The position numbers and the translations under genes were made by a program. Of a stretch of 37,980 nt of DNA, positions 7,699-15,977 are shown in pieces. The notes under the pieces were generated by a model. It saw nothing but the letters and a program-made list of their open reading frames with translations, did no database searches and was not told the origin of the DNA. The stretch is from Kiritimatiellia bacterium (GTDB lineage: Bacteria; Verrucomicrobiota; Kiritimatiellia; SLAD01): assembly GCA_007123265.1 (NCBI GenBank), contig SKLK01000173.1, positions 1 to 37,980 of the forward strand. The letters run 5' to 3'. Position 1 is the first letter of the stretch, and the number at the start of each line of letters is the position of its first letter.

Positions 7699-8934
7699 TT
7701 ACTCCTTCGCAGGCGGACTCGCCTGCGCCCAATCGACAATCGATTGCAACCAGGTGGTCACCGCTTGTCGTCCAGCCGGTGACAACTGTTGCACGCCGTC
7801 GAGGTGGTTGTTTGCTTGTAGCGTATGCCATTCCTTCAGGAAAAGCGATCGCGCTTCGTCACCGACGCTTTCCGGCACCGGTTGGCGCCAGTGCGCATGC
7901 TCGTGGGCGCACTGTTGCAAGACCTGGTCATGCGCTTGTTGGGCGCGCACCGCGGCGTCGGATGCCTCCGCTTTCCATTGCGACAATGAGTCCGGCAATC
8001 CTTCGATCCAACTTTGCAGTCGCTTGCGGCGTTCGGCTACCGCGCGGTCCAAGGCCTCCATTGCGGCCAGACGACACGCTTTGCCATACGGCTGTTGATC
8101 CATAAATTGCGGCCGCGCCCAGGCGTACCAAGCGCGTAAGGCCAACAGATTGCCGATGTACTGCTTTTGTAATGTCCAAATGCGCGTGACACCGCGATAC
8201 CGTCCCGGCGGATACGATACCGGCGGCGATGCGGGATCGGGACCTGATCCTTCCCGGTAGAGGTGCCCGGCCTGCAGAGCATCATGACGCAATATCGTGC
8301 CGGCCGCCACGACCACACCGAAATCCACCTGGCAGGGCCCCACTAAACCGCCCTGCCCGCCCAAGAAGATCGGCGGTTGATCCAACAGTACGCCGCGCGG
8401 CACATCGCCGACCAGCGAGGCCGTTGCCTTATCTCCGTGCGGCGTAAAGTTGAAATGGATGTAGGATGACCCGATTTCACTATGATGACGGCGACTTGTG
8501 CCACCGCTCATCAGCGCGTCACAAAAATTGATCAAACTCCCGGCCGTCACATACGACAGCCACACCGTTTGCTTCAGCCCGACGCTATGCGCGCCGCTGG
8601 CCTGCTCCTCCAACAGCGTAGCCGGACGAATATGGGCGCCACTGCCCATTTCGGCTCCATCCAAGAAGACCGCCTCAGCCGCGAACCCGCCCTTTAAGCG
8701 TACGCCGGCGCCCAGCACACAGTCCTGTAGTGTCATTGGCGCTTCTTCGCCAATCCGGCAATCGGGACCGATCCAAGTCTGTTCCCCTGAGAGGCGGGTA
8801 CCGGGAAACAAGGTGACGCCCGGTGCAATCCGATCGCCGTCAATCGCGGGGTCAATCGTCACCGTGGCGGGATTTGGGATCACCACACCCCGGTCGCGCC
8901 ACTGACGGAGCACGCGCGTGTTTGCGTCATCCAT
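7699..8934 (-). CDS. Left-handed beta-helix (hexapeptide) protein resembling the GlmU C-terminal acetyltransferase domain, plus a roughly 160-aa helical C-terminal extension
   Basis: By-eye alignment to the E. coli GlmU acetyltransferase half: GVVIPNPATVTID vs GVTLRDPARFDLR; SGAHIRPATLLEE vs GPFARLRPGAELLE; IGSSYIHFNFTPHGDKA...VVVAAGTIL vs IGAGTITCNYDGANKF...ATIAAGTTV. No N-terminal nucleotidyltransferase domain. Sits 4 nt upstream of glmM. Confidence 0.55.
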   Translation of the reverse strand: MDDANTRVLRQWRDRGVVIPNPATVTIDPAIDGDRIAPGVTLFPGTRLSGEQTWIGPDCRIGEEAPMTLQDCVLGAGVRLKGGFAAEAVFLDGAEMGSGAHIRPATLLEEQASGAHSVGLKQTVWLSYVTAGSLINFCDALMSGGTSRRHHSEIGSSYIHFNFTPHGDKATASLVGDVPRGVLLDQPPIFLGGQGGLVGPCQVDFGVVVAAGTILRHDALQAGHLYREGSGPDPASPPVSYPPGRYRGVTRIWTLQKQYIGNLLALRAWYAWARPQFMDQQPYGKACRLAAMEALDRAVAERRKRLQSWIEGLPDSLSQWKAEASDAAVRAQQAHDQVLQQCAHEHAHWRQPVPESVGDEARSLFLKEWHTLQANNHLDGVQQLSPAGRQAVTTWLQSIVDWAQASPPAKE

Positions 8935-8952
8935 GGCTGAGATCCTTCATGC

Positions 8953-10089
8953 TCACAAGAGCTCCTGCATATATTTCTCTTTCAATAGGCGCCAAAAGAC
9001 GACCCCAAACGCGGTCAAGGGAATGGCCAGAATCATCCCCCAGATCCCGCCCAATGCGGTACCCCAGAAGAAGATCGCCACGATGATCACCAATGGATGA
9101 AGACCCGTGCGATCACCCATAATCCGCGGCGTCAGGGCATAGCTTTCGATTGCCTGCACCGCCGAAAAAACGATGATTGCCGCCAGCACCAATCCCCAGC
9201 CTCCGCCGACCTGAAACAGGGCCAAAGGCAACACGACCGACAACCCGATGATACTGCCCAAATACGGGACAATATTCAGTAACCCCAACAGGAGGCCAAT
9301 GACAAAACCGTATTTCAGGCCGATCACACTAAAACCGAGCGCATAGAGCAAGCCTTGTAAAAAGGCGATCACCAGTTGGCCCCGAAAAAAGGAAACCATG
9401 ATATTAATGAACTCTTCCCCGAGATAGACAATGTCCTGACGCAGTTGGGCGCGACAGAATGGCAAGAGATCCTCCCAACGCGAACGCGGGATACCCTGGC
9501 TGGCCAGAAAGAAGCCCATATAGATGGGAAATATCGCCCAACTAAAAAGTCCCGTGATGAATCGAAAGGCACCGGCACCCGCGCTTAGTGACCACTTAAA
9601 TGCGGTCAAGACAGCGCCGCTGATCACGTCCATCTGTTCTTCCAGCATCGCCTCCAGTCGCTGGTCCAGTTCCAAGTGGCTTACCTGTTCGCGCCATTCG
9701 GGCCAATGCTCCATCAGCCGTTCCCAACTCGTGCGGGCCAAGTCGATGCCTTGACGCAGCAGGCCCCCGGCTTGTTCAACGAGAATACTTCCGAAAAACC
9801 AGGCAAAGGCCATCAGGGGTAGCAGAATGGACGCGTACACCAACAAGACCGCGAGCACCGCTCGCTGTCCGGTATGCTGGTAGATCCATTTGTAGTAGGG
9901 CTTCATCACCAGCGCGGCAATGGCGGCGACGACGATGGGCATGAACACATGCGAAAAGTAGCTAAGAAAGCAACCCAGCAGGACCAGCACGGCCGCGACG
10001 ACCAGCACCACGAACACGGTGGCCAACAAGGTCAGGGCTGTGGCCACCGTCTTTCGCTGCATTTCAGAAAAAACCGTCATTTGAGACAT
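8953..10089 (-). CDS. AI-2E family transporter (PerM/UPF0118)
   Basis: 378-aa polytopic membrane protein with the family-typical C-terminal region AIESYALTPRIMGDRTGLHPLVIIVAIFFWGTALGGIWGMILAIPLTA. Confidence 0.8.
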   Translation of the reverse strand: MSQMTVFSEMQRKTVATALTLLATVFVVLVVAAVLVLLGCFLSYFSHVFMPIVVAAIAALVMKPYYKWIYQHTGQRAVLAVLLVYASILLPLMAFAWFFGSILVEQAGGLLRQGIDLARTSWERLMEHWPEWREQVSHLELDQRLEAMLEEQMDVISGAVLTAFKWSLSAGAGAFRFITGLFSWAIFPIYMGFFLASQGIPRSRWEDLLPFCRAQLRQDIVYLGEEFINIMVSFFRGQLVIAFLQGLLYALGFSVIGLKYGFVIGLLLGLLNIVPYLGSIIGLSVVLPLALFQVGGGWGLVLAAIIVFSAVQAIESYALTPRIMGDRTGLHPLVIIVAIFFWGTALGGIWGMILAIPLTAFGVVFWRLLKEKYMQELL

Positions 10090-10152
10090 GATGGCAGGAA
10101 CTTAACAAACCATACGGCTTCCGTCATATGAAAAAACCGGAGACGGGACCCA

Positions 10153-10878
10153 TCAAAAGGCATCTTTTTGCTTGCGGCACTGGATAAAGGCATTCAGCTC
10201 GTCGCAACGAAGAAAAGGATTCGCCGTCCGCTCCTGGCCGATGGTGGAAGGTACGCTGACCCCTGTATCGGCAAGTTGTTGTTGAACTTCTTGAAGCCGG
10301 GCTCGGTAGTGAGGATCGTTTGGGGCTTGTGACAAGGCGAAGCGGAGATTCTCCTCGGTATACTCATGCCCGCAGTACACCTCCGTTTCCGTTGGCAAGG
10401 CCCGCAATTTTTGCAGGGACTGCCACAATTGGGCCCCACTCCCTTGCAACACCCGTCCACAACCGGAGACAAACAGCGTATCACCGCAAAACAAGGCCGG
10501 CACGCGATCGGGGCCACGCAATAGAAACGACTCGTCGCGCGCGCCGTGTCCCGGGGTATCAAGCACCTCGAAGGTCCAGCCGCCATCAAACGGAATGCGT
10601 TCCCCTTCCCGGACCGATTGATCCAGCCCCGGGATCCCGGCATCCGCGGCACCAATCACGGTAGCACCGGTCTGCGCCTTTAAGGCCGCCAGCCCGGCGA
10701 TGTGATCATGGTGACTATGGGTGGCCAGAATCATTCGACAATCCAATGACCGCGTTCGCAAGAAATTCCAGGTTTCGTCGGCGTCGGTGGGATCGACCAC
10801 AGCGGCGACACCCGAATCTGCTTCAATCACGTAGGTGTAGTTGTCTTGCCATACCGGTATTGGATGAATCTGGATCAT
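10153..10878 (-). CDS. gloB: Hydroxyacylglutathione hydrolase (glyoxalase II), metallo-beta-lactamase fold
   Basis: THSHHDHIAG (HxHxDH) motif, TPGHG, CGHEYT, and the C-terminal NPFLR motif typical of GloB. Confidence 0.85.
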   Translation of the reverse strand: MIQIHPIPVWQDNYTYVIEADSGVAAVVDPTDADETWNFLRTRSLDCRMILATHSHHDHIAGLAALKAQTGATVIGAADAGIPGLDQSVREGERIPFDGGWTFEVLDTPGHGARDESFLLRGPDRVPALFCGDTLFVSGCGRVLQGSGAQLWQSLQKLRALPTETEVYCGHEYTEENLRFALSQAPNDPHYRARLQEVQQQLADTGVSVPSTIGQERTANPFLRCDELNAFIQCRKQKDAF

Positions 10879-10883
10879 GTGGT

Positions 10884-12200
10884 TTATACCTCAATGGCTA
10901 AGCGGGGAATGTTCAATCGTTTACGGGCGGTTTCACCCGGCAGCAGGGTCTGCTGACGCCACGTTTTTTCGTCACGGGCGGTTTGAGGATGATGCGGCAA
11001 CACCAGCGCCGGTCCCAGTTGAACTTTATGTTTGCCGAACTGGTTATTGATTTCATCCATCACGTGCGCCGTGCGGATCATGGCATCGATGCGAACCGGA
11101 TCTTCGAACAACTCGTATTGGATGCCGCGATCCTCCGACAGTCGGTTCAAGACCACCATCGTCGAGCGATAGGGTTTGTCCGGTTGATGGAGCACCTCGA
11201 ATAGTTCGCGGATCACCGGCAACACCTCGTGCGTAGCCGAGGTCGGACGACTCAGCCGAACCTCCACCGCGTCCTGGACAAAGTCTTTTTCGCGCAGGGC
11301 GACAACAAGTTCAGCGGTGGCCAACCGGTATCGGCGCAATTTTATGAAGGCATTTTCCAGGTTCCGGACTAATTTCGCATAAATAAAATCCCGATCGGAT
11401 GAAGGCGAAGTGAACGTCTTGCATTTGCTGATGGTCGCGTAGCTGGTCTTTTCTTCCGGGTCCACCGGAAACACGGAATGGCCGCGCAACTCGTCCCAAA
11501 TATCGCGGCCGACCTTGCCCAGCACTTGATCCGCCCAGGCTTTCGGGCGACGCACAAAATCCCATGCGTTCGACAACCCGTGTTTGTGCAACAAGTGCAC
11601 CGTATTGCGGCCAAATCCCCAGACCCCGTCCAATGGAATACGGGGCAGAAATACGTGTAGATGCGGGCCGGCTACCCCGGTAAATCCACGCGGCTTGCGG
11701 AACTTCGAAGCCAGTTTGGCCAAACTCTTGGTTAAGCTCAACCCCACCGAAACCCCAATGTCGAGTTCCTGTTGAATATCCCGCTGCAACGCTTGTGCAA
11801 TATCTTGATAGGAGCCGTGGAAGCGGCGTCGCAATCCGCTGATATCCGCGAAGCCTTCATCAATCGAGTGTTCCTGGACCATCGGCGTGTAGCGCCGCAT
11901 AATTTCAAACATGCGATTCGAGAACAAGCTGTATAGTTCGTAATCGCTGGGCAGGACCACCAAATCCGCACAGGCCCGCTGGGCTTCCCATAACGGGACC
12001 CCGCGTTTAATGCCCAACGCCTTCGCCTCGTAACTGGCGCAGGCGATTATGCCTCGTTCCTTGCCCGTAACAACCGGCCGTCCCTTGAGTTCCGGGTGAA
12101 TGGCCTGTTCCACCGACGTAAAGAACGCGTCGCCATCCACGTGTAGAATCGCTTGCGGAAAGGAGGAAAGCATCACCGGTTGATCAGTCGTCGAGCGCAT
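10884..12200 (-). CDS. Y-family DNA polymerase (Pol IV/DinB-like, long form)
   Basis: ILHVDGDAFFTSVEQ catalytic N-terminus, SIDEGFADI motif, palm/fingers/little-finger order. 438 aa. No umuD- or imuA-like neighbour. Confidence 0.8.
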   Translation of the reverse strand: MRSTTDQPVMLSSFPQAILHVDGDAFFTSVEQAIHPELKGRPVVTGKERGIIACASYEAKALGIKRGVPLWEAQRACADLVVLPSDYELYSLFSNRMFEIMRRYTPMVQEHSIDEGFADISGLRRRFHGSYQDIAQALQRDIQQELDIGVSVGLSLTKSLAKLASKFRKPRGFTGVAGPHLHVFLPRIPLDGVWGFGRNTVHLLHKHGLSNAWDFVRRPKAWADQVLGKVGRDIWDELRGHSVFPVDPEEKTSYATISKCKTFTSPSSDRDFIYAKLVRNLENAFIKLRRYRLATAELVVALREKDFVQDAVEVRLSRPTSATHEVLPVIRELFEVLHQPDKPYRSTMVVLNRLSEDRGIQYELFEDPVRIDAMIRTAHVMDEINNQFGKHKVQLGPALVLPHHPQTARDEKTWRQQTLLPGETARKRLNIPRLAIEV

Positions 12201-12245
12201 ACGACCAGCTTAAACCAGTCTCTGTCCGGGAACAAGTGCGGTCCG

Positions 12246-13370
12246 CTACCCGATTCGGGCCCGGTAGTCGGCATAGGTGAATTCGCGCCATACCTCAACG
12301 GAACCATCGATTTTCTGGCAGGCGATGGCGGGGTGCGGGACCCCATTAAACATGGTCGTTTTAACCATGGTATAATGCATCATATCCTCGAAAATCAGCC
12401 TGTCGCCCACGCCGGGGTCCTGGTCAAAGACATAATCGCCCAACCAATCACCAGCGAGGCAGGTCATCCCGCCCAGCCGCCAGCCGGACTCATTTTCAGC
12501 AGCTAACCGGGCGCCGCGCACGGTCGGGTGATACGGCATCTCCAGGCAATCCGGCATATGCGCGGAAAAAGACACATCCAGCATCAGGGTGCGAATGCCC
12601 CGGCGCTCCACGCGATCCAATACCGAAGCGACCAGGTAGCCGGTACGCCAAGCAACCGCCGCGCCCGGTTCGAGGATAATGTCGACATCGTATCGCGCCC
12701 GAATATCTTGAATGCGGGCAATCAAGCGCTCGACGTCATAATCGTCCCGCGTGATCAAATGACCGCCGCCCATGTTCAACCAGCGGGCTTGTTTCAGCAG
12801 TGGACCAAAATCGGATTCAAGTTTTTCCCACGTACGATCCAACGCATCGGCCCCGCATTCGCAGAGCGTATGAAAATGCAGTCCCTCGATCCCTTCCGGC
12901 AGGTCCGGGCCCAATTCGGTAGCCGAGACCCCCAAGCGGGAGCCCGGCATACCGGGATTGTACAGATCGGTTGCGACTTCGGCATGTTCCGGGTTGATCC
13001 GCAGAGCAGCGGATACGGGCTTTTTCGCGGCGGCAACCAGCGGCCGGTACCGTTCCCACTCAGAAAGCGAATTAAAGGTGATGTGCGAAACCAGTGGTAG
13101 TAGTTCGGGCATCTCCGATGGCCGATAAACCGGTGCGCAAGCATGTACCGCACCACCGAATTCCGCATGACCGAGCTGGGCCTCAAATAGCGAGCTGGCC
13201 GTTGTCCCCGGCAGGTACTTGCGGACCATTGGGAAACTGTGGAATAAGGCGAATCCCTTGAGGGCAAGAATGATCGTGCACCCGGCCCGGTCCTGAACCT
13301 CGCGCAAAATGCGCAGGTTCTTCAACAAGGCCTCTTCCTCAAGAACAAAAGCAGGCGTTGGCAGCGTCAT
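12246..13370 (-). CDS. nspC: Carboxynorspermidine/carboxyspermidine decarboxylase
   Basis: Collinear by eye with Vibrio NspC: TP.F...E..L, LALKGFA, GTTASSLFEAQLG..FGG.VHA, FNS, LRINP. The ORF-track start at 13376 is TTG; the first ATG is at 13370, so the start is uncertain by 2 codons. Confidence 0.8.
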   Translation of the reverse strand: MTLPTPAFVLEEEALLKNLRILREVQDRAGCTIILALKGFALFHSFPMVRKYLPGTTASSLFEAQLGHAEFGGAVHACAPVYRPSEMPELLPLVSHITFNSLSEWERYRPLVAAAKKPVSAALRINPEHAEVATDLYNPGMPGSRLGVSATELGPDLPEGIEGLHFHTLCECGADALDRTWEKLESDFGPLLKQARWLNMGGGHLITRDDYDVERLIARIQDIRARYDVDIILEPGAAVAWRTGYLVASVLDRVERRGIRTLMLDVSFSAHMPDCLEMPYHPTVRGARLAAENESGWRLGGMTCLAGDWLGDYVFDQDPGVGDRLIFEDMMHYTMVKTTMFNGVPHPAIACQKIDGSVEVWREFTYADYRARIG

Positions 13371-13446
13371 GATCAATGGGTGTTTACAAAGAAGCCGGAT
13401 TCGATAAACGAACCCGGCTCCTTTAATATGCTAAACGTGCGATGCC

Positions 13447-13590
13447 TTAGCTGCCGCAGCCGCTGGAGGTATCCTTCGACTCTTCCGTATCGGTCTTACC
13501 ACCACCTGCGCAGCAACCACCAGCCTGCGCATCAAGTTGCACACCAGCCATCACACCCATCGCTACAATTAACGCAATCCAAACTTTCAT
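13447..13590 (-). CDS. Unannotated 47-aa secreted Cys-rich micropeptide (below the ORF-track length cutoff)
   Basis: Codon-by-codon hand translation: MKVWIALIVAMGVMAGVQLDAQAGGCCAGGGKTDTEESKDTSSGCGS, stop TAA. GAGGAG lies 7 nt upstream of the ATG. Clear signal peptide with an AQA-G cleavage motif. Lies in its own 214-bp gap between the lipoprotein gene and nspC. Confidence 0.55.
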   Translation of the reverse strand: MKVWIALIVAMGVMAGVQLDAQAGGCCAGGGKTDTEESKDTSSGCGS

Positions 13591-13673
13591 GGTTTATCTC
13601 CTCGTGTTTACTGATTCCGACTATGCCCTAGGGTAATCCCTGAGCTGCAATTTTCAACTCAATTTCAAAATTT

Positions 13674-14027
13674 TTAGCGATCCGGTGTAATCACCATCAA
13701 TCGATAATAGCGCGTTTGGCCCTGAGGCATCCGGTCTTCCCAGCGGATCTCCTGGCCTGTGCCCCGGATTCGCGAGGCGCCTTCCAACGCACGCCATTCG
13801 GCGCCGACGCGCCGTCCGTCCGCATACAGCACCGTATATTCCTTGTCCCGTTGAGATTGCCAGGTCAGCAGGGCCATGCCATCAATGCGGGCCACGATCA
13901 GCGGGTCCGGTCCTCCGGCCAAGCTCATATCTTCGCGACCGGCGATATGTTCCGTTGTCGTGCACCCACTCAGTGAAGCGACCATCGCAACCACAACGGC
14001 GCAGCCCGTTAACCAACGTTTCGTCAT
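13674..14027 (-). CDS. Small lipoprotein with a roughly 65-aa beta-sandwich-like domain, unknown function
   Basis: Lipobox LSGC after a hydrophobic signal (MTKRWLTGCAVVVAMVASLSGC). GGAG 5 nt upstream of the ATG. The domain pattern W...Y.VLY....W....GTG....W......YYRL.V.TP is shared with the C-terminus of the ORF at 37173. Confidence 0.7.
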   Translation of the reverse strand: MTKRWLTGCAVVVAMVASLSGCTTTEHIAGREDMSLAGGPDPLIVARIDGMALLTWQSQRDKEYTVLYADGRRVGAEWRALEGASRIRGTGQEIRWEDRMPQGQTRYYRLMVITPDR

Positions 14028-14037
14028 GCAACTCCGC

Positions 14038-14784
14038 CTACTTAACGTATTCCAGGGAATCGTGTTCTACGTCCGGCGCGGCTTCCATCTCCCAATCGTC
14101 GTCGTCCAACTCATCGACGATCGGCGCCTCCGGTTCGTCCGGTTCTTCCGGGACATCCCATTCCTCGATCCCCGCCTGGGGCACCAAGGGTACCGGTGTC
14201 ACAGCCGGCGCGGGAGCGGTGGGCGCTCTACGCGGCGGTGGACGTTCCCGCTCGGCCGACAACTGATCGTACCAGGAAATCCGTTCGCTGGCCGGCGTCA
14301 CATCTTCTACGGTCAATTGGTAGCGATCCGCAAACCAACGCCATTCGGAGCGGGTGAACTCGAATAGCCGCCCGGCATCATTGAGAAACTCGTCCGTGCG
14401 CAAGGTATCAATATTAAGTACCAACGGTCCCCAGCCGGATGCCAATACCAGTTCGATTGGCAGGGTCTGTTCATCGCCGACGAGGATAATCCGGTCGGGT
14501 TGTCGAACCAGAAATTTACCGTTCTCATACTCATCCAAGGTCATGCGCATCCAGTCATCTCCGGTCCAGGCATGCAGCACCCAGGGGTCCGCTTGTCGTC
14601 CGGCTCGATAACTGACCAACGCCACTGGACGTTTATCCAGCAGGTCAAATCCGACTTGAATCGTGTTGGGGCGCTCGGGCACCACGAGCAGGGTAAAGGG
14701 CTGTGGCGCGGGTCCACTCGCCTCTACCCCCAGGGTGCCGATCAAAAGAATACAGACCACACATACTTTGGTTTGCCGAATCAT
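14038..14784 (-). CDS. Secreted protein of unknown function with a Pro-rich linker and an acidic, Trp-containing tail
   Basis: 248 aa: signal peptide, a roughly 150-aa globular part, the linker RERPPPRRAPTAPAPAVTPVPLVP, then the tail EEWDVPEEPDEPEAPIVDELDDDDWEMEAAPDVEHDSLEYVK. Only 10 nt upstream of the lipoprotein gene. Confidence 0.7.
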   Translation of the reverse strand: MIRQTKVCVVCILLIGTLGVEASGPAPQPFTLLVVPERPNTIQVGFDLLDKRPVALVSYRAGRQADPWVLHAWTGDDWMRMTLDEYENGKFLVRQPDRIILVGDEQTLPIELVLASGWGPLVLNIDTLRTDEFLNDAGRLFEFTRSEWRWFADRYQLTVEDVTPASERISWYDQLSAERERPPPRRAPTAPAPAVTPVPLVPQAGIEEWDVPEEPDEPEAPIVDELDDDDWEMEAAPDVEHDSLEYVK

Positions 14785-14815
14785 GATGCCATCTCGCTTC
14801 CGTTAATTAGGGCAC

Positions 14816-14844
14816 AGTGTATCAACCCACGCCCTCCCCTGCAA
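14816..14844 (-). promoter_or_regulatory. Putative sigma70-type promoter for the 248-aa / lipoprotein gene pair
   Basis: On the minus strand: TTGCAG, 17-nt spacer, TACACT, about 30 nt upstream of the ATG at 14784. Pattern match by eye only. Confidence 0.25.
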
Positions 14845-14863
14845 GACCGTTACAAACCTCATC

Positions 14864-15514
14864 TTAACCCTTGAGCAGATGCGGGAAGTCGCTCCATCCC
14901 CGTTCGTTTGCCACCTCCTGTAATGCTTCCTGTACCCATTGCCACGTGGCAACAGCGGTCGGACTGCGATCCACTACCGTTAAGGATGGTCGTACGTCCA
15001 AGCATTGCCAGTAGTCGGCCCAAGCCACCACCACGGTCCGCAAGGCCGGCCATCGAGCCAGCTCGATGGCATCGGCCCAACCCGCTATACGTTCCACCCG
15101 CAGACTCCAAGGAATGCCCAGCGGTTCCATGGCCCCGGGTGGCTGCACGTACACCAACTGGTGCAGCGCCGCCGACCATAACAACGGAGGCATGTGCCCG
15201 GCATCCAGCAGCGTCAACCAGGTACGTTGGACGCGCTTCGGCAAGTCGACCACTTGCTCGATCAGGGCTTGGGCGCTTTCCGGATCGCCGGCGCCCCACA
15301 AGGCGCGGACCAAATGAAAGATCAGGCAGTGTTGGTTTATACCGCGGCTCGCCGCGGGGGCACAATACACAGCGGCGCTTCGCGCGGCAGCGTGGTGGTG
15401 AAGCGAGGTATTTTCCCGTTCAACGATCTGATGGCGCGCCAATGTTTCAAGAAAGTAGTGCTCCAAGGCGTCGTCTGCGGGAACCGCATCGGGTATCGTT
15501 TCCAACCATTGCAT
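14864..15514 (-). CDS. Hypothetical Trp-rich cytoplasmic protein, 7 nt downstream of nrdR
   Basis: 216 aa. Of three overlapping long ORFs here, this is the only frame with protein-like composition; the other two are Arg/Pro/Gly/Ala-rich. No signal peptide and no recognisable motif. Confidence 0.5.
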   Translation of the reverse strand: MQWLETIPDAVPADDALEHYFLETLARHQIVERENTSLHHHAAARSAAVYCAPAASRGINQHCLIFHLVRALWGAGDPESAQALIEQVVDLPKRVQRTWLTLLDAGHMPPLLWSAALHQLVYVQPPGAMEPLGIPWSLRVERIAGWADAIELARWPALRTVVVAWADYWQCLDVRPSLTVVDRSPTAVATWQWVQEALQEVANERGWSDFPHLLKG

Positions 15515-15521
15515 GACAGCT

Positions 15522-15977
15522 CTACTCCCGGCCGATCAAACCTTCCACTTCGCTCAAGAACTGATTCACATCCTTGAACCGGCGATACACGGAGGCGAAG
15601 CGGATGTAGGCCACTTCATCTTTTTGTTCCAAATTCTCCATCACCTTCAGACCGATCGCGGTACTCGGCAGTTCCCGCTCGTATTCCGCTTCCAGTTCGT
15701 TCAATATCTTACTGACCATCACATCGACCTCCGACGTGCTGATCGGTCGCTTTTCGCAGGCACGCAAGACGCCACTTAAGAGTTTTTGCCGATCCAGCTC
15801 CTCATAGCGACCATCGCGTTTCACCACGCGGAGGTGCGCTTTCACCACTTCTTCGTAGGTCGTGAACCGGTGATTGCAGGCGTCGCATATGCGCCGACGC
15901 CGAATCGCCTCGCCACTGCGCACCGAGCGCGTGTCGACCACTCGATCCTCTAAATGCCCACATTTCGGACAACGCAT
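15522..15977 (-). CDS. nrdR: Transcriptional repressor NrdR
   Basis: MRCPKCGH...CDACNHRFTTYE zinc ribbon followed by an ATP-cone; 151 aa. GAGG upstream of the ATG. Confidence 0.92.
   Translation of the reverse strand: MRCPKCGHLEDRVVDTRSVRSGEAIRRRRICDACNHRFTTYEEVVKAHLRVVKRDGRYEELDRQKLLSGVLRACEKRPISTSEVDVMVSKILNELEAEYERELPSTAIGLKVMENLEQKDEVAYIRFASVYRRFKDVNQFLSEVEGLIGRE

Noticed and set aside
10090-10152. A T6 run after gloB, considered as an intrinsic terminator.
   Set aside because: The preceding sequence forms only a 3-4 bp stem (CCG-TCTC-CGG). That is not a convincing hairpin.
12201-12245. A possible SOS/LexA operator upstream of the Y-family polymerase gene (CTGTCCGGGAACA, containing a GAACA half-site).
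   Set aside because: Only one half-site matches GAACA/TGTTC-type palindromes, and the spacing does not fit any LexA motif I can recall with confidence. No lexA, recA or imuA context is in the window. Too weak to call.
13380-13631. An 83-aa plus-strand ORF covering the same gap as the Cys-rich micropeptide.
   Set aside because: It has no SD, and its product is His/Ser/Pro/Arg-rich and non-protein-like. It would be the only plus-strand gene in a 29-kb minus-strand array. The minus-strand peptide has a strong SD and a clean signal peptide.
14859-15516. Two alternative long ORFs overlapping the 216-aa nrdR-adjacent gene: 14859..15365 (minus strand) and 14908..15516 (plus strand).
   Set aside because: Their composition (Arg/Gly/Pro/Ala runs) is not protein-like. 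The chosen frame starts 7 nt after the nrdR stop. The choice still needs coding-statistics confirmation.
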